64,000 nt of DNA from an uncultured Bacteroidota bacterium (GTDB taxonomy: Bacteria; Bacteroidota; Bacteroidia; Bacteroidales; SZUA-534). The position numbers and the translations under genes are program-made. The notes under the pieces were generated by a model, which was given only the letters and a program-made list of their open reading frames with translations, was not told the DNA's origin and made no database searches. Positions 60,177 to 64,000 of this stretch are shown in pieces; the stretch's first letter is position 1, and every line of letters starts with the position of its first letter. The stretch covers positions 19,408-83,407 of the forward strand of contig CAMKOM010000011.1 of the NCBI GenBank assembly GCA_946414435.1, written 5' to 3'.

Positions 60177-62171
60177 TCACTGTTTTCTACGTTTTTCCAA
60201 ATCCGATTTCAGCCATTCGAGCCGTTTGCTAACGAACTCTTTAATCCACGCCACTTCTTCGCTGTAGGTGCGGTGCGGTGTTTGTGCGCTGCCAAAACCG
60301 AAGTTAGCGTCAAATCCGCCGAACATTGTGGAATCCATTCCCGGCATCGGGAAGGGGAACGCACCAAAGCTGCCGGCCGAGTCCATCCCGGGCATCGGGA
60401 AAGGGAACGCGCCAAAACCGCCGGCCGAGTCCATTCCCGGCATCGGGAAAGGGAACGCACCGAAGCCGCCGGCCGAATCCATTCCGGGCATTGGGAAAGG
60501 GAACGCGCCAAAGCCGCCGGCCGAATCCATCCCAGGCATCGGGAATGGGAAGGCGCCGAAACCGCCGGCCGAGTCCATTCCGGGCATCGGGAAAGGGAAG
60601 GCACCGAAACCGCCGGCAGAATCCATCCCAGGCATCGGGAAACCGCCAACACCCATATCTTCAAGGTCTTCCATACTGAAACTCATTGCTGTTGGGTCGT
60701 TCAAATCGAAGCCCGGATTGGTGTAGTAGTTCACCGTGTCGGCCGAAACCGAGAGCGCCAGTTGCGCGGCTACAGAGTCGATGTGCGCCATAATGGTGGC
60801 CGAATCGGCAATCATTGCATCAATCTTTTTCAGCAGAAGGCCGGTGAATTCGGGGTCGAGCATCATCCGTTCAAACCAGTCTGATTTGGCAATGTGGTAG
60901 CCTTCGGGTTGGTTGTAGAAAGCCATATCGTTCTCACCGCCGAAGCCCATAGCCAGGCCGCCCAGACCGCCTTCGTTGCCAAACGGATTGCCGCCAAAGG
61001 CAAGGTCGAAATCCCAAATCGGGCCCATCCGGATGATGCCGTCCGCCATAATGTGGCAGAAGCAGCTAGTGAACATATTGCCGTCGAAATCCTTGCTTAA
61101 CTCTTTGATTAGCAACCAATCAACAAAACTCTCAACATCGATTAGCGTTTTGTAGCCCGTTTCGGGATTCAGAAAATCGGGACCGTAGAGCGTGGTCTCG
61201 AAGCGGTCGAGAATCTTTTTCACATCGGCAATCACGTCGGGGTCGCTTTCTTTCTTGCCTTTCAGCGATATGTCCTTAATGTTGAAGATGTTACCAGTTT
61301 TTGCACCGATAATGTCACCGCGTCCGGCTTTGCGGTCGGCTTCAATCAGATAGTCGCCCGGAACGCGCTCTTTGGTGGTTTTAGCCTGCTCGCAGAGATA
61401 GTAGTTGCCACAATGAACGCCGTTCAGCACCAGCTCGACGTGCTGCCCGTGTGGCGTCCAGTCGAGATTGGTGTAACTTTGACCCAGATAGTTGGCCAGC
61501 TCGTTGCGCATCAGCGACAGGTCGTAAAAATTGGCCAGCAGGCACCAGCGTTTGCCCTTCGGCATTCCCAGAAGTGCGGCTTTCTTCTTCAGTTTCAGTG
61601 CATAAGGCCGTTTCACCTTGACTGACCACGTTGAGTTGCCGCGCCCTTTCACCTGCGCGTCGGGCTGCGTTGTGTGAAAGTCGATTTGGCCGTTGGCACG
61701 ATAGATAGTAACCTGCGTGCTATCCATCCATTCGCGCTTGCTAGTTATTGGTTTTGAGCCGTTTGTGTTGATGCAAACCACCGGCAGGCCGCTGTTGAAC
61801 ACCATCACCGTGTAGGTGTGGACGGCGTTTTTGGCCACCACTTTGTATTGCACCGGCTCGCTGAAATCAATCAGACTTTTGCCGCTTGTCTGCAGCGCGT
61901 CGTCAACAAAAACTTTGGCTTTCGCCGATGTTGTGAATGTTGGTTTTAACTTGAAATCAACAAGATACGGAACCAAAATTTTTATTGTGTCGCCCGATAT
62001 GGTGGCTTCATAGTCGCCCAGTAGATTTTTATTGTCGGCTTGCAACAAATTGAAAGTCAGTAGCTGATTGTTGTTGGTGTGTTTTTCGGCGGTCACGGCC
62101 GATGTTGGAAGGCAGCTGCTCACAATGAGTGCCGCAATAAGCAGTTTTTGCAGTGTCGTCTTATTTCGCAT
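60177..62171 (-). CDS. CotH kinase family protein with low-complexity tandem repeat
   Basis: KGRGNSTW, K.PY.LKL, W.LLAN..D, G.Y.L.EQ, GPIWDFDLAFG, RL.W. Confidence 0.85.
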   Translation of the reverse strand: MRNKTTLQKLLIAALIVSSCLPTSAVTAEKHTNNNQLLTFNLLQADNKNLLGDYEATISGDTIKILVPYLVDFKLKPTFTTSAKAKVFVDDALQTSGKSLIDFSEPVQYKVVAKNAVHTYTVMVFNSGLPVVCINTNGSKPITSKREWMDSTQVTIYRANGQIDFHTTQPDAQVKGRGNSTWSVKVKRPYALKLKKKAALLGMPKGKRWCLLANFYDLSLMRNELANYLGQSYTNLDWTPHGQHVELVLNGVHCGNYYLCEQAKTTKERVPGDYLIEADRKAGRGDIIGAKTGNIFNIKDISLKGKKESDPDVIADVKKILDRFETTLYGPDFLNPETGYKTLIDVESFVDWLLIKELSKDFDGNMFTSCFCHIMADGIIRMGPIWDFDLAFGGNPFGNEGGLGGLAMGFGGENDMAFYNQPEGYHIAKSDWFERMMLDPEFTGLLLKKIDAMIADSATIMAHIDSVAAQLALSVSADTVNYYTNPGFDLNDPTAMSFSMEDLEDMGVGGFPMPGMDSAGGFGAFPFPMPGMDSAGGFGAFPFPMPGMDSAGGFGAFPFPMPGMDSAGGFGAFPFPMPGMDSAGGFGAFPFPMPGMDSAGSFGAFPFPMPGMDSTMFGGFDANFGFGSAQTPHRTYSEEVAWIKEFVSKRLEWLKSDLEKRRKQ
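60331..60642 (-). repeat. 48-bp coding tandem repeat (6 full units plus a partial unit)
   Basis: Encodes GGFGAFPFPMPGMDSA units; differences are mostly at synonymous positions. Confidence 0.95.
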
Positions 62172-62356
62172 AATTAATTGTTAATTTGACAATTAAAGTT
62201 TAAATTGACGCTGCAAATGTCGGATTTTTCGTTTCCAAACAAAATTATGTTCGATATTCAACTCAACTTTGCCGCCAATCGGTTGTTTTCGGTGGAAAAT
62301 CCGAAAAATGGGCGATTTTTGTGGATGATTTGACTTTATAGGCGATTATAAACGCA

Positions 62357-62385
62357 GTAGAGACGATGCATAACATCGTCTCTAC
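62357..62385. repeat. GTAG-type REP-like hairpin
   Basis: GTAGAGACGATG-CATAA-CATCGTCTCTAC, perfect 12-bp stem with no U-tract. Confidence 0.7.
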
Positions 62386-62412
62386 CACACTAAATCAATA
62401 TTTTACCTATTT

Positions 62413-64000
62413 TTAATTTATAATCACACGTTTAACGGTGTTGCCCGTTTTGACAATGTAAATGCCTGCATCGTTGACGGTTATTGTACGAACAGTGCAC
62501 GCGTCATTACGGCAAATCAAACTACCCATGGCGTTGTAAACAAATATTTCTTCAGTTGCGTTTTCAACCACTATGACATTGCCGTAGGCGTAGATATTAA
62601 GTTCGCTGGCAGCGGATTCTGAAACTGCGGTTGCTGGATTTTTTTCGTTTCCACCCTGATTCTCATTGCTGCCTTCATTTCCACCTTGGTTTTCGTTACC
62701 ACTTTCATTATTTCCACCCTGATTTTCATTGCCGCCTTGGTTTTCATTGCCACCGCCCTGTTCTCCCAAGGCTGGAATAGTTTCCTGAGCCACAATGATA
62801 GCATTACAAACTGAACAATGTGAGCCTTCTGTAAGGCCGGTTTTTGTGGCAGTTGGGGCAACTGCTTCATCTACAACCACGGTATGGCCCAGTGCGGCTA
62901 TTTCTTCTTGTGCTACAAGTACGGCATTACAAATTGAACAATGTTTGCCTTCAGTAAGCCCCGTTGTTGTACAAGTTGGTGCAACAGCTTTGTCAATGGC
63001 TTCTACGTGTCCAAACAGGGCTGTGAATTTTTGACTTCCGGTAACGTTAATGGTACGCGGATTATCAGTGTTGCCATCGTCCCAGTTAGTGAACGGGTGT
63101 TCGCCTTTGGAAGTTGGAGTGAGTGTTGCCGTACCATTTGTTGTTCCTGACTCATACCAAATTGAACCGTCATTTCCTTTGACAGCATAATTGCTACCGT
63201 CAACGGCTACGGTGCCAAGTTTTTTACCATTGACAGACGCATATATTACTTTGCACCCACGTTTAACAGTGCAGTTGCTGAAGTTCCAATTCGATGCCCA
63301 GCCCGAAGGTTGGCTGCTAGTGTGCTCGATATAGATAATAGTAGTTGTACTATTACATCCGGCAAACGCTGAAGTGCCCATTTCTTTTACCGAAATGGGG
63401 ATGGTTACCGATGTCAGTCCGTTGCAATTTCTGAATGCTGTGGAGCCAATGCTTGTAACCGAATTGGGAATATTTATTGAAGTCAGACTGGTGCAACCGT
63501 AAAATGCAGAACTGCCAATTGTTTTTACAGAATCGGAAATGATAACAGATGTCAGCCCGATACAGTCATAAAACATAGAACCGCCAATACTTGTGACGGA
63601 ATCTGGAAAAACAAACGAAGTTAGATTGCTGCAACCGCTGAATACGCTGCTGCCAATGCTTGTGACTGAATTTGGGAATGTAATCGATTCCAAACTGGTA
63701 CAGTCGTTGAAAGTCGCGTTTTCAACGGTTTTTACCGAATTAGGAATGGTAACTGAAGTCAAATTTGTGCAACCAGAGAACGCATATTCACCAATTGTTT
63801 TTACAGAATTGGGAATGGTAACTGATGTTAAGCTGCTGCAATCTTTGAACATATAGCCACCAATATTGGAAAGTGCATTGGAAATGGTTACCGAAGTCAA
63901 TCCGCTACAACCTTCGAATATGTAGTTGGAAACTATTGTTACTGAATTAGGAATGGTAATTGAAGTCAAACTTGTGCAACCAGAGAATGCACCATAGCTT
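62413..64000 (-). CDS. BspA-type leucine-rich repeat surface protein (5' end outside window)
   Basis: Repeats [15 protein letters not shown]; [11 protein letters not shown] module; APTCT..G.TEG.HCS.C repeats; GGNENQ linker; T9SS-like CTD (GIYIVK...KRVII). Confidence 0.9.
   Translation of the reverse strand, partial: SYGAFSGCTSLTSITIPNSVTIVSNYIFEGCSGLTSVTISNALSNIGGYMFKDCSSLTSVTIPNSVKTIGEYAFSGCTNLTSVTIPNSVKTVENATFNDCTSLESITFPNSVTSIGSSVFSGCSNLTSFVFPDSVTSIGGSMFYDCIGLTSVIISDSVKTIGSSAFYGCTSLTSINIPNSVTSIGSTAFRNCNGLTSVTIPISVKEMGTSAFAGCNSTTTIIYIEHTSSQPSGWASNWNFSNCTVKRGCKVIYASVNGKKLGTVAVDGSNYAVKGNDGSIWYESGTTNGTATLTPTSKGEHPFTNWDDGNTDNPRTINVTGSQKFTALFGHVEAIDKAVAPTCTTTGLTEGKHCSICNAVLVAQEEIAALGHTVVVDEAVAPTATKTGLTEGSHCSVCNAIIVAQETIPALGEQGGGNENQGGNENQGGNNESGNENQGGNEGSNENQGGNEKNPATAVSESAASELNIYAYGNVIVVENATEEIFVYNAMGSLICRNDACTVRTITVNDAGIYIVKTGNTVKRVIIN

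Noticed and set aside
60331-60642. Regular repeats as a possible CRISPR array
   Set aside because: Contiguous 48-bp units without unique spacers, in frame within CotH, and no cas genes

Overview
Bacteroidota (Bacteroidales/Marinilabiliales-like) chromosome segment, inferred from TAnnTTTG -7 promoters, A-rich translation starts mostly lacking a Shine-Dalgarno, T9SS C-terminal domains and a GENSYALAA tmRNA tag. 1-14.6 kb: 3' end of fusA plus the S10-spc-alpha ribosomal protein cluster (rpsJ to rplQ, with secY, infA, rpmJ, rpoA; no map). 14.7-18.3 kb: a PolB-type 3'-5' exonuclease and an ECF sigma / anti-sigma / secreted protein trio. 18.5-41.1 kb: a ~22 kb accessory region between tmRNA and tRNA-Lys(CTT), the most interesting part of the window. 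It holds a co-directional 7-gene cluster of signal-peptide proteins: helical protein, outer-membrane beta-barrel, 950-aa beta-rich protein, FN3 protein, 2846-aa SprB-repeat T9SS cargo, a 1228-aa TANFOR-like/FN3/zinc-metallopeptidase protein with an abruptly AT-rich papain-like C-terminal tip, and an adjacent putative immunity gene. A REP-flanked VapBC-type module follows. This looks like a candidate Bacteroidota polymorphic toxin delivery system (inference). 41-64 kb: Dpp11-type S46 peptidase, 2-hydroxyacid dehydrogenase, two FKBP PPIases, two GH51 and one GH97, bamD-rpoZ-coaBC-DUF4835, a SAM methyltransferase, DUF4294, SDR, VOC protein, a CotH kinase with a 16-aa tandem repeat, and a partial BspA-type LRR protein. 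Family assignments come from motif recognition only; no database searches were run.
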